Below the pieces are notes generated by a model, which saw only the letters and a list, made by a program, of their open reading frames with translations, searched no databases and was not told the DNA's origin. Positions 54,497-63,528 of a stretch of DNA of 64,000 nucleotides are shown in pieces. The translations under genes and the position numbers were made by a program. Source of the DNA: a virus; the IMG/VR virus record IMGVR_UViG_3300042566_000599, positions 32,346 through 96,345 of that record; one strand, 5' to 3'. The stretch's first letter is position 1. Every line of letters starts with the position of its first letter.

Positions 54497-55498
54497 ATGA
54501 ATTTGGTGCATAAGTCGGTTTCTCAAGGGGGTAAGTTAGCCCCCCTCATCGTGCCTCATAGCCTTCCCGATAATACGGGGATTATGAACCCCTCTATCTT
54601 TATAGATGATGATGGCGATATCTTGGTAAATGTTAGATGCGTTAATTACACCCTCTACATTTCAGAAGAAGATGAACGCTTCTTTAGCCCTTGGGGGCCC
54701 CTTACTTACCTGCATCCAGAAAAGGACCAGAGACTAGTCACAGTTAACTATATGTGCCGCCTTGATAAGGACCTCAGTCTTATTAATTCTACACAAGTAG
54801 AGATGCTCAATCTTCACACTCCTATTTGGGAATTCCACGGATTGGAAGATGCCAGAGTTGTAAGGTGGGACGATGACCTGTACATGATTGGCGTGCGTCG
54901 TGATACCACGCCTAATGGTCAGGGCCGTATGGAATACTCAAAGATTGAGTTAGATAAAACTAATTGGATTGCTAAAGAGGTATCACGCGTGCGCATGCCC
55001 GCGCCCGTGCACGAGGACACCTCCTACTGTGAAAAGAATTGGATGCCTGTCATTGACAATCCTTATCATTTTGTCAAGTGGACGATGCCAACAGAAGTCG
55101 TTTGGTCTAATCCTAATGAGCCTGAAACTAGACAGGCCTTTACAAGAGAGACCCCTAACTCTCCTGTAGACCAACGAGGGGGTTCACACGTCATACGTTG
55201 GGGTGAGTACTACCTGTGTTTCACACACGAAGTTAAATTATGGCGCAATTACTTAAGTCAAAAAGACTCTGTCTATAGACACAGAGTTGTTGTCTGGGAT
55301 AAAGACTTTAATTTTAAGGGATTAAGTAATTCATTTGCATTTATGGATGTGAAGATTGAGTTCTGTACAGGAGCAGCAGTGCGCAATGACAACTTACTAG
55401 TTAGTTTTTCTGTTGCTGATAATGCTGCATTTATCCTTGAAATACCACAGAACGTTGTTAATGAGATGGTTACGGAGGCTCTGTCCTATGTCGGTTAA
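54497..55498 (+). CDS. Five-bladed beta-propeller glycoside hydrolase/transferase-like (GH130-like) protein
   Basis: NPSI, GLEDARV, EKNWMP, RGGS, YRHR, IEF..G motifs. Confidence 0.7.
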   Translation: MNLVHKSVSQGGKLAPLIVPHSLPDNTGIMNPSIFIDDDGDILVNVRCVNYTLYISEEDERFFSPWGPLTYLHPEKDQRLVTVNYMCRLDKDLSLINSTQVEMLNLHTPIWEFHGLEDARVVRWDDDLYMIGVRRDTTPNGQGRMEYSKIELDKTNWIAKEVSRVRMPAPVHEDTSYCEKNWMPVIDNPYHFVKWTMPTEVVWSNPNEPETRQAFTRETPNSPVDQRGGSHVIRWGEYYLCFTHEVKLWRNYLSQKDSVYRHRVVVWDKDFNFKGLSNSFAFMDVKIEFCTGAAVRNDNLLVSFSVADNAAFILEIPQNVVNEMVTEALSYVG

Positions 55499-56051
55499 AG
55501 AGTTGGCTATTGACCTGTCCTCTAATACACGAGATGCTAATAAAAACTTTGCGTTAGCCGAAGAGTATGAACGGCTACACCAACACGCTTCTGCTGCGGG
55601 GTTCTTTCTTAGAGCCGCAGATTTAGGTTACAAAACAGACCCACTATTAACCTACACATCTCTGTTAAAGATGGCTCTCTGTTTTTCCAGACAGAAAGAC
55701 CGCACAGCAACTGTGTTGACTACTCTACATAACGCTATTGCTTTTATGCCATCACGACCAGAGGCATATTTCATCCTTTCACGATTCTATGAGCGTAATC
55801 GAGATTGGCATAAAGCGTATGCTTTTGCAGAGTTGGGTCTTCAGTTTGCAATGACCGCTAACCACATGCCAACACCAGGGTATGTTGAATACAACGGAGC
55901 CTACTGTCTGATGTTTGAGAAGGCGGTAGTAGGGTGGTGGATTGGACGAAAAGATGAGAGTAAAGTGATATTCCAAGACCTACTAGATAACCATAAGATG
56001 ACACCAGATTACGTTTATGGGTGCCTTAATAATATGAAGTTGTTTAACTAA
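55488..56051 (+). CDS. TPR-like protein
   Basis: P.RPEAY..L..Y motif; helical repeats; GGAGG RBS. Confidence 0.65.
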   Translation: MSVKELAIDLSSNTRDANKNFALAEEYERLHQHASAAGFFLRAADLGYKTDPLLTYTSLLKMALCFSRQKDRTATVLTTLHNAIAFMPSRPEAYFILSRFYERNRDWHKAYAFAELGLQFAMTANHMPTPGYVEYNGAYCLMFEKAVVGWWIGRKDESKVIFQDLLDNHKMTPDYVYGCLNNMKLFN

Positions 56052-56581
56052 TGTTTCCTAATTGGTTTAAGGATGTTGAAAAGTACTTTAGACATGTTCC
56101 TAACGTGCCGTTACGAGCACTGCAAATAGGGACATACACTGGGGATGCAACTGAATGGCTACTTAATAATCGAGAAGTTGAACGTCTTCACGATGTAGAC
56201 ACCTGGGAAGGTAGCGAAGAAGTTGCACATGAATCATTAAACTTCTCTTCTGTAGAAGACTATTACGATTCTAGATTCAATGATGTACGACTTGTTAAGT
56301 GCAAAATGACCAGTGATGACTTTTTTGCAAACAATAAAAGTACCTTTAACTTCATCTATATTGATGGAGACCACACTGCTTCTCAAACAGTAATAGATGG
56401 ACTTAATGCTTTTAGAGTTTTAGAGACAGGCGGAGTAATGGCTTTTGACGATTATCTGTGGAACTATAACGGCAACCCCTTCTTAGAGCCTAAGAGAGGC
56501 GTAGATGCCCTTTTAGAGGTATGTAAAGGTCAATTTGTGCTGATTGAATCTGGTTATCAAGTGTGGATTAAGAAATGTTAA
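56051..56581 (+). CDS. Class I SAM-dependent methyltransferase (Methyltransf_24-like)
   Basis: LQIGTYTG, DTW.GS, FIYIDGDH, GG...FDDY. Confidence 0.85.
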   Translation: MFPNWFKDVEKYFRHVPNVPLRALQIGTYTGDATEWLLNNREVERLHDVDTWEGSEEVAHESLNFSSVEDYYDSRFNDVRLVKCKMTSDDFFANNKSTFNFIYIDGDHTASQTVIDGLNAFRVLETGGVMAFDDYLWNYNGNPFLEPKRGVDALLEVCKGQFVLIESGYQVWIKKC

Positions 56582-57309
56582 CTAACGCTTGCTATGAGGT
56601 CTTTCATACTGATACTGGAAACACTTTAAGAAACAAGTCTTATGAGGGCATCTTAAAAAGTATGTCTTTTTTACCTCGTCTTGGCTCTCCTACAATGTAC
56701 CTAAACACGGCAGAAAAAGCACAGAAGTTTATTAATGACAATCCAGACTTTAAAGTAAACACGGTGCACGATTATGCGCAGCCTGGAGAGATTTTCCCAC
56801 CCAGTTCTGGAGTGGTTGGAGTATGGGCAAGCAATTGGTTGGCTTTCAAAGCATTCCTTGAGAGTGATAAAGATGTTCTCTTAATCTTTGAGGATGACAT
56901 TGTTCTCAGTGCAAACTTTGAGCCAATTGTAAACTTTTATATGCAGCAACTAATGCCCACATGGGATTTCTTTTCCCTTTTTGTACCAGACGATTCATTA
57001 TTTGCGTATAGCGAAGTAGAGCACGACATATACGAAGAACATGTGTGCCGTTCATATCAGCAGTGGTCTTGTGCAGGATATGCTGTAAGTAGACGTGGTG
57101 CAGAAAAAGCCCTGCAGGATGTGGCTACACGTGGAATTACAGCACCAATAGACTGGTACATCTTTAACTTTAGAATGAAGCAAGAACAAGACCAGATGAG
57201 GTTTGCTACTTACACGTTAAAACCACAGGCTTACAGGCCAATAAAGTTCTTATTAGAAGCAGCAACTGCAAGTCAAATACACAATGGAGTTACAGAGTCT
57301 TTATTCTAG
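56575..57309 (+). CDS. Glycosyltransferase family 25-like
   Basis: GVVG.WAS, LIFEDD, GYAVSRRGA.K, PIDW. Confidence 0.8.
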   Translation: MLTNACYEVFHTDTGNTLRNKSYEGILKSMSFLPRLGSPTMYLNTAEKAQKFINDNPDFKVNTVHDYAQPGEIFPPSSGVVGVWASNWLAFKAFLESDKDVLLIFEDDIVLSANFEPIVNFYMQQLMPTWDFFSLFVPDDSLFAYSEVEHDIYEEHVCRSYQQWSCAGYAVSRRGAEKALQDVATRGITAPIDWYIFNFRMKQEQDQMRFATYTLKPQAYRPIKFLLEAATASQIHNGVTESLF

Positions 57310-58433
57310 TAGGCGTCCATTACGTCTCTAATAAACACGTCATCGGTCGCTCCCGTTGCTCCTTGCACTCCGCCAGTACCCTGTACTCCTTGAGTACCTT
57401 GTGTACCTTGCGTTCCTTGAGTACCCGCACCAGTAGTTCCTTGAGTTCCTTCAGTACCCTGTACTCCTTGCGTACCTTGAGCACCAGTATCGCCCTTGTC
57501 ACCAACACGTGCAAACGTTACGTAGAGGTTGTCGTTGTTAACAACTGACAGAGTTCCAGTTACGTGAGCAACTGGAACGCTGAAGTACGCTCCACCGCTC
57601 TCGTGCGTGTGTGTGCCTGTGATTTGGAAGAAAGCAAAACTACTTGGGTCTCCAACTTCAGTGAACTTAATAGTTCCCTTAATTCCAGAAGTTGAATCAT
57701 CAATTGTGTTTAGTAGTTGAGCAATATCATTTGAATTAAAGTCAATATTGTCGATATACATGACTGAAGCACTAGAAATAGTGGCATTATTGAATTTTAA
57801 GTTACCGCTTCCTGGGTCGGTGTTAGTGGTGTCTGTAAGGAAGTTGTACTCATGAGTTTCACCGCCAAATGCACCTGTAGCACCCTGTACACCAAGAGTT
57901 CCCTGCACTCCTTGAGTTCCCTGAGTGCCTTGAGTACCCTGAGTACCCTGAGTTCCTTGAGTACCCTCCGTACCCTGCACTCCTTGAGTTCCTTGAGTTC
58001 CTTGAGTTCCCTGAGTGCCTTGAGTGCCTTGAGTGCCTTGAGTGCCTTGAGAACCTATCTCTCCTTGTGTGCCCTGTGTTCCTTGTGCACCAGTTTCACC
58101 AAGCACACCCTGTGTACCTTGGGTTCCCTGAGTTCCCTGAACTCCTTGAGCACCTACAGTGCCTTGAGTACCTTGAGTACCCTGAGTTCCTTGGGTGCCG
58201 TCAGTACCCTGTACTCCTTGAGTACCATGTGTTCCCTGAACGCCTTGTGCTCCAGTTGCACCTTGAAGACCTTGAAGTCCGCCATAACCAAGGGAGTTCC
58301 AGGCAGTGCTGCCGTTACCTACCTTGATTTTCTGTGTGTCGGTCTCAATACCGACTTCACCAGCGGCAAGAGTGGGGTTATTGTTAAACCATTCTGTTGC
58401 TGTACCACGTCGTAGTTGTATGCGTACTGCCAT
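57306..58433 (-). CDS. Collagen-like fibre with Mtd_N-type N-terminus
   Basis: IQLRRGTA.EW...NP.LA.GE.G.ETDT..K.G.G; long G-x-Q triplet runs. Confidence 0.85.
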   Translation of the reverse strand: MAVRIQLRRGTATEWFNNNPTLAAGEVGIETDTQKIKVGNGSTAWNSLGYGGLQGLQGATGAQGVQGTHGTQGVQGTDGTQGTQGTQGTQGTVGAQGVQGTQGTQGTQGVLGETGAQGTQGTQGEIGSQGTQGTQGTQGTQGTQGTQGTQGVQGTEGTQGTQGTQGTQGTQGTQGVQGTLGVQGATGAFGGETHEYNFLTDTTNTDPGSGNLKFNNATISSASVMYIDNIDFNSNDIAQLLNTIDDSTSGIKGTIKFTEVGDPSSFAFFQITGTHTHESGGAYFSVPVAHVTGTLSVVNNDNLYVTFARVGDKGDTGAQGTQGVQGTEGTQGTTGAGTQGTQGTQGTQGVQGTGGVQGATGATDDVFIRDVMDAY

Positions 58434-58434
58434 G

Positions 58435-58719
58435 TTATAGAGTCACTCCTCCACCATCGTAGGAACTTGTATAAGCGTCGCTTCCAGCGTTTTCATCTCC
58501 GCCTTCTGCAGTTGTATCGTAGGTATCAGAACCAGCGGCTTCATTACCGCCTTCAATAAGGTCTGCATCAGCAATTGGAACTAGTTGAAGCCAAGAAACG
58601 CCATCAAAAGCAAAAAGACGACGCTCGTCTGTGTTCCAGTAAAGGTCGCCTGGAAATCGACCAAGAGGAATGTTATCAGAGGCGAAAACATTTACTGGAA
58701 CAAGGGCTTTTCTGCTCAT
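58435..58719 (-). CDS. Small fibre-associated protein
   Basis: GDLYWNT....L..FDG..W motif. Confidence 0.6.
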   Translation of the reverse strand: MSRKALVPVNVFASDNIPLGRFPGDLYWNTDERRLFAFDGVSWLQLVPIADADLIEGGNEAAGSDTYDTTAEGGDENAGSDAYTSSYDGGGVTL

Positions 58720-61544
58720 TATCCAATAACCGCCACGACGTAAGAGTCAGTTGTTGGGGCTTCTGCAAACTTTACAGTGACTGTGTTAGTTGTTGATTTT
58801 TCAACATCTACAACAACTTCCTCATAGTTTGCAGCGGCGTTGTATACAGAGACAAGTACACCACGTGTTCCAAAGTTGTGTGTAATCGTGAATGATGTCG
58901 CGCTATTATCGCCAATTGTGGTTGTATATTTACGGGCAACTGTGGTTGTGTCAATTGCAACGTCATCAGCGTTGGCTACGATACCTGTGCCAGCACCAAC
59001 GTTAAATGTTGTGCCAGTTTGAGTTAAACCGTTTCCAGCAGTGAAGGCGCCTGCGCCTGAGAACTGTGTAAAGATTAAGTTTGTAGAGTTAAGGGTAATA
59101 GTCTCATTTGTTGAGAGAACCCAACCAGTGTCTGCTTGTCCACCTTCTTCTACGAAGGTAAAGAGACCTGCAGTTACTTCGCCAGTCTCGTTGGCATCTT
59201 CTGCACGAACAAGCACCCAAGGGGTTGAGCCAGAGCCCTTGTGGAAGACAAAGTAAATACCGTGGTAAGCACGATTTCCACCAGACTCATTCTTTACAAG
59301 AACTCGTTCGTTGTCTTCTAGTGCAACAGAGTCAACTGATAGAGCGGCATTTGCGTTAGCAGTGAGTGTTCCACCATTGGTGCTTGTGTAGGTGTACGCA
59401 GGAAGTGCTGAGGCTGTTGCTGCTCGTACAGACTCTTTAACATCAAGTCCTTGAGCAACTCCGTCTACGTAATCCTTTGTAGCAATAACTGATGTATCTA
59501 CATCAATTGTGAAAGTCTGTTGAGCGCCATTGTAGGTAGTGTTAATACCTGTTCCATCAACAACCACTGTCTGCAGAGCGTCATTTACACGCTGTACTGA
59601 GAAGTATAGGTTTGTGGAACCTTCTGGAACATCATCAGTATCAGCAATTGTTGCTGTGATATCGCTAGTAAGGGCGATAGTACCTGATGCATCTGGAAGA
59701 CTGATAGCGTTATTACCAGTTGGAGAAATTGCGCTTAATGTTGTTGTGTACTGAGTACCTTCAAAGCCTGCTCCAGTAGATGCAGTAAAGGCATCAAATG
59801 AAACCTGGTCTCCAGCCTTTGTTAAGGCGTAACCTGCAGTGATTGGGTCGGTCGTACCAGTAGCACCCTGTGTACCTTGAGTACCCTGAGTTCCCGCAGT
59901 GCCCTGTGAACCTACAGTGCCTTGAACGCCTTGTGCAGCAATTAATGTCCAGTAAGTTCCTTCTGTAGGAGTGTCTCCAGTGTTGCCACCGTGAGCGTCG
60001 ATGCGGTACCAAGTCTGTCCTGCGTATGTTGCAACATCGCCGACTGCGTATGAAGTTCCAACACCATAAGCACCAGTAAAGTTCCAAAGGGCTGCTGTAC
60101 CTTGAGTACCCTGCGCACCTTCGGTACCTTGAGTTCCCTCAGTTCCTTGAGCACCCTCGATACCTTGTGTACCGTTAGCACCGTCTAGACCTTGAATACC
60201 GTCTGCACCTTGAGTACCTTGAACGCCCTGAGTTCCCTGTACGCCCTGAACGCCCTGTTGTCCTTCGACGCCTTGGGCTCCTTCGGTGCCTTGAGTGCCC
60301 TGTGCACCTTCAGTTCCTTGAGTACCCTGCTGTCCTTCAGTGCCTTGAACTCCCTGTGCACCTTCTGTACCTTGGGCGCCCTCTGTACCTTGAGCACCTT
60401 CTGCTCCCTGAGCACCTGTAGTGCCCTGTACGCCTTGAGCACCCGTTGTACCTTGGGCTCCAGTGTCGCCCTTGTCACCGACACGAGCAAATGTGATGTA
60501 CACATTGGTGTCGTTAGTAAACGAAGATACAGTACCTGTTACGTAGGCAATAGGAATGGAGTGCCAAGTTCCGCTGTCAGTGCTTGTTCCAACAATTTGG
60601 AAGAATAAGTACTGTGAAGAGTTTGCTGTGTTTGTAAGTTTAAAAGTTCCTTTGATGCCTGATGTTGAGTCATCGATTGTTGCAATCAACTGACCAATGT
60701 CATTGGAGTTAAAGTCAACATCATCAATATAAAGTTCTGTAGCAGAAGTTAATGTTGTAGTGTCAAACGCTACATTGCCTGAACCTGGGTCTTGTTCAGT
60801 GGTGCTTGTTATGTAATTGTATTCGTGGGTTTCTCCACCAAAAGAACCAGTAGCACCTTGGGTACCTTCTGTACCTTGAGCACCTTCTGTTCCTTGAGCA
60901 CCTTCTGTTCCTTGAGCACCTTCTGCACCTTGTGCACCTTCGGTACCCTGTGAACCTACAGTGCCTTGTGCACCTTCAGTACCTTGAGTTCCTTGAGCGC
61001 CCTCTGTTCCCTGTGTTCCCTGAGAACCTTCAGTTCCCTGTACACCTTGTGTACCAAGAGTTCCTTGTGTACCTTGTGTGCCCTGTGTACCTTGTACACC
61101 CTGCTGTCCTTCAACACCCTGTGTACCTTGAGTGCCTTGCGTTCCATTAGTGCCATCTAAACCTTGAGCACCCTCAGTTCCTTGCGAACCAACAGTTCCT
61201 TGCGTACCTTGTGCTCCAACTGTTCCCTGTGTTCCTTGAGCACCGACAGTACCCTGTGCACCTTGCGTACCATTTGCACCATCAAGACCCTGTGCACCTG
61301 CCGTTCCTTGTGCACCCTGTGCACCCGTATCGCCAGTAGCGCCCTGTGTACCCTGGGTACCTTGCGCACCAGCGCTTGTGCTGACCCATGCACTTCCGTT
61401 CCAAACACGGAGAAACCCAAGAACAGTATCAAAGTAAATTTGACCAACTACTGGTGTGGATGGCGCAGTTGCTAAGTTCTGAATTCGAGCATTCTGAAGT
61501 TCTAACTTAGTTAAATCAATAGGGGTTAAGTATTTGCGTGCCAC
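58719..61544 (-). CDS. Long collagen-like fibre protein
   Basis: Three G-x-Q/E runs; ATKDYVD...GLDVKESVRAAT...RVLVKN domain; ITHNFGT terminal domain. Confidence 0.85.
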   Translation of the reverse strand: MARKYLTPIDLTKLELQNARIQNLATAPSTPVVGQIYFDTVLGFLRVWNGSAWVSTSAGAQGTQGTQGATGDTGAQGAQGTAGAQGLDGANGTQGAQGTVGAQGTQGTVGAQGTQGTVGSQGTEGAQGLDGTNGTQGTQGTQGVEGQQGVQGTQGTQGTQGTLGTQGVQGTEGSQGTQGTEGAQGTQGTEGAQGTVGSQGTEGAQGAEGAQGTEGAQGTEGAQGTEGTQGATGSFGGETHEYNYITSTTEQDPGSGNVAFDTTTLTSATELYIDDVDFNSNDIGQLIATIDDSTSGIKGTFKLTNTANSSQYLFFQIVGTSTDSGTWHSIPIAYVTGTVSSFTNDTNVYITFARVGDKGDTGAQGTTGAQGVQGTTGAQGAEGAQGTEGAQGTEGAQGVQGTEGQQGTQGTEGAQGTQGTEGAQGVEGQQGVQGVQGTQGVQGTQGADGIQGLDGANGTQGIEGAQGTEGTQGTEGAQGTQGTAALWNFTGAYGVGTSYAVGDVATYAGQTWYRIDAHGGNTGDTPTEGTYWTLIAAQGVQGTVGSQGTAGTQGTQGTQGATGTTDPITAGYALTKAGDQVSFDAFTASTGAGFEGTQYTTTLSAISPTGNNAISLPDASGTIALTSDITATIADTDDVPEGSTNLYFSVQRVNDALQTVVVDGTGINTTYNGAQQTFTIDVDTSVIATKDYVDGVAQGLDVKESVRAATASALPAYTYTSTNGGTLTANANAALSVDSVALEDNERVLVKNESGGNRAYHGIYFVFHKGSGSTPWVLVRAEDANETGEVTAGLFTFVEEGGQADTGWVLSTNETITLNSTNLIFTQFSGAGAFTAGNGLTQTGTTFNVGAGTGIVANADDVAIDTTTVARKYTTTIGDNSATSFTITHNFGTRGVLVSVYNAAANYEEVVVDVEKSTTNTVTVKFAEAPTTDSYVVAVIG

Positions 61545-61555
61545 TCAGGGTCTCC

Positions 61556-61876
61556 TTAAGACAGGTAGGCTTTTCCGCTAAATGCGGCTGAAAAGGTTAG
61601 AACAACTTGATTCCGAGTGGTGTAAGAAATTTCGCCCTCGACGATTGTACCTGCTGAATCTAAAATTGTAACGTTAGGATAGAAGTCAAGATTATGATTT
61701 ATTGTCCAAGTAGCGCTAGAAGTACCCTGCGTGTGAGCGTAGGCAAGGTCTGGAAGTACTACTTCTGCTGAGGTTCCTGGGGTTCCGTAAGATACGGTTC
61801 CTGAAGGAGTGGTTATGCTAATGACGTCGTTTACATACGTCGTTGAGTTAGCCCCTGGTCTTACATATTGGCTCAT
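61556..61876 (-). CDS. Small structural protein
   Basis: HTQ..S.TWTINHNL..YP.V...F...FSGKAYLS. Confidence 0.7.
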   Translation of the reverse strand: MSQYVRPGANSTTYVNDVISITTPSGTVSYGTPGTSAEVVLPDLAYAHTQGTSSATWTINHNLDFYPNVTILDSAGTIVEGEISYTTRNQVVLTFSAAFSGKAYLS

Positions 61877-62937
61877 GGAATAGTCACCTCTTTAGTTACA
61901 AAAATTTTACCTGTTACGTATGTCTTTGTAACGCCATTTGCATCAACCATTTGAATGTCGTAATAGCACATATTTGGAAGAAGCCTAGTCTGCTGTTCGT
62001 TGAGGTCCAACTGTAGAGTACGAATCCCCGCTCCGTCTCCTGTGCCTACATCTGGCTTTGTAACTGCGAAGGAGGTTATTAGCGCTGAACTTCCTGGCAT
62101 CCGTCTAATCTCAGAGGTTGCAGTATATGTGTCAAGTTCAAAGTCAAATACGATATTCCAGGTGTAATCGTCGCCTTCATAAATGTAGAGGTCTTGAACA
62201 ATCGCTGTAACTTCTGGTTGTGTTCCTCCGTATGTTGGGATTGGAACGTATACACGAAGTGGAGTAGACCTATCATCAATTTCCATTGGTTGAAAGATTG
62301 GCACATAACGATTTGTAGTTTTAGAAATTCGACGTAGACTGAACACATCAATTTTGTACAAACCAATTCCAAGTTGTGAACACAATTCGCGGTATTGTGC
62401 TTGACGAGCCTGAGCCATCTGCATTAATTGTTGATAACGTTCAGAACGTGGAATAGTTACACCATCTGGTGCAAATACGTTGATGTCAAATGCTGCATCA
62501 TTTGCTAATGCATAAAGCGCTAATACCGATGCATGTACAACCACTGGATACTCTTCAACTCCAGGAAGATTGGTAATCGTCATCGTGCGCCCGTACGAGT
62601 CTGTGTGATTTAAAGAGTGTTCTGCAAAAGCAGTAGAAATATAGTGTTCAACTTCTCTAGAGGTAAAGTATTTAAAGTAGTTACCAGCAACGATAATTAC
62701 GTCACCTTCTGCAGGCGTAGTGTCAAATACTATGTAGCCTGTAGCCTCTTCGACCTCAACGTCATCTGACACATTAACGTTATCTTGGGTGATTACTAAG
62801 TTAGCGCCATCAAGAGGTGAGTACGGAACTAGAAACCGATTAGTAGTTCCATCTGCGGTAAATGAGTACACAAAAGACTTAGGAATGTCGCCAATTTCAT
62901 AACGCAGTCTGTCAGCCAGTACTGAGAGTGTAGCCAC
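61873..62937 (-). CDS. Head-tail adaptor with BppU-like C-terminal domain
   Basis: LR.EIGD; QGD-like YEGDD...YYDIQ....G motif; GGAGG RBS before GTG 62937. Confidence 0.6.
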   Translation of the reverse strand: MATLSVLADRLRYEIGDIPKSFVYSFTADGTTNRFLVPYSPLDGANLVITQDNVNVSDDVEVEEATGYIVFDTTPAEGDVIIVAGNYFKYFTSREVEHYISTAFAEHSLNHTDSYGRTMTITNLPGVEEYPVVVHASVLALYALANDAAFDINVFAPDGVTIPRSERYQQLMQMAQARQAQYRELCSQLGIGLYKIDVFSLRRISKTTNRYVPIFQPMEIDDRSTPLRVYVPIPTYGGTQPEVTAIVQDLYIYEGDDYTWNIVFDFELDTYTATSEIRRMPGSSALITSFAVTKPDVGTGDGAGIRTLQLDLNEQQTRLLPNMCYYDIQMVDANGVTKTYVTGKIFVTKEVTIP

Positions 62938-62995
62938 ATAACCTCCAAAAACTAAGTGTAACAATTCTCTCTTGTAATTGCCTTTTATTCAGCAC

Positions 62996-63050
62996 AAAAA
63001 GGTCCAACCCCCAACTGGGAGGAGGGCGGGAACCAGTTGAGGGTCGGACT
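62996..63050 (-). terminator. Long-stem terminator hairpin
   Basis: GTCCGACCCTCAACTGG/CCAGTTGGGGGTTGGAC then TTTTT on the minus strand. Confidence 0.7.
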
Positions 63051-63062
63051 ACTAGCGACGGC

Positions 63063-63446
63063 TTAGTTAGGCCGCCAAATGTAACCCAGTTGCTCTAAGT
63101 AATCCGCAAGGTGTCGTGGAACACGGTACTTGGCTCCTGCTTTAAATGAGTAACTTTGAGGAGTTCCATTAACCACACCGAATGTCATATCATCGATGTC
63201 GGTTACTGTTCGAATGATTACGTATTCATTCGACACTGAGACTCCAACATCCTCAATCTCGTCTAATACGAGTGGGGCATCAGGTTTCTTTGGGTCGAAT
63301 ACGTCTCGTTCTAGGCTCTCTGCCTCTAACTGATTAGCGGTAGAAATTTCTTCTTGACGCTTCTTTAGTTCTGCAGCGTTTTGCTTTGCTGCTCTTTCGG
63401 CTGCAACTCCTGTTGCATCCAATGGACTTGTTGCTTTATTTGCCAC
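63063..63446 (-). CDS. Hypothetical head-associated protein
   Basis: YSFKAG.KY.VP..LA.YL...GY motif; directly after capsid gene. Confidence 0.65.
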   Translation of the reverse strand: MANKATSPLDATGVAAERAAKQNAAELKKRQEEISTANQLEAESLERDVFDPKKPDAPLVLDEIEDVGVSVSNEYVIIRTVTDIDDMTFGVVNGTPQSYSFKAGAKYRVPRHLADYLEQLGYIWRPN

Positions 63447-63479
63447 GGTGTTTGTTCTCCTAAGTATATGGGTTGTTGT

Positions 63480-63514
63480 GTCTGGGGGCCAAAGAAGGAG
63501 TATGGCCCCCAGAC
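63480..63514 (-). promoter_or_regulatory. Hairpin downstream of capsid gene
   Basis: GTCTGGGGGCCA/TGGCCCCCAGAC perfect 12-bp stem. Confidence 0.65.
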
Positions 63515-63528
63515 GGTACTACTAACTA

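Noticed and set aside
57306-61450. CRISPR array or diversity-generating retroelement target
   Set aside because: Repeats are 9-bp-period collagen codons without spacers; Mtd_N is present but there is no reverse transcriptase or template repeat
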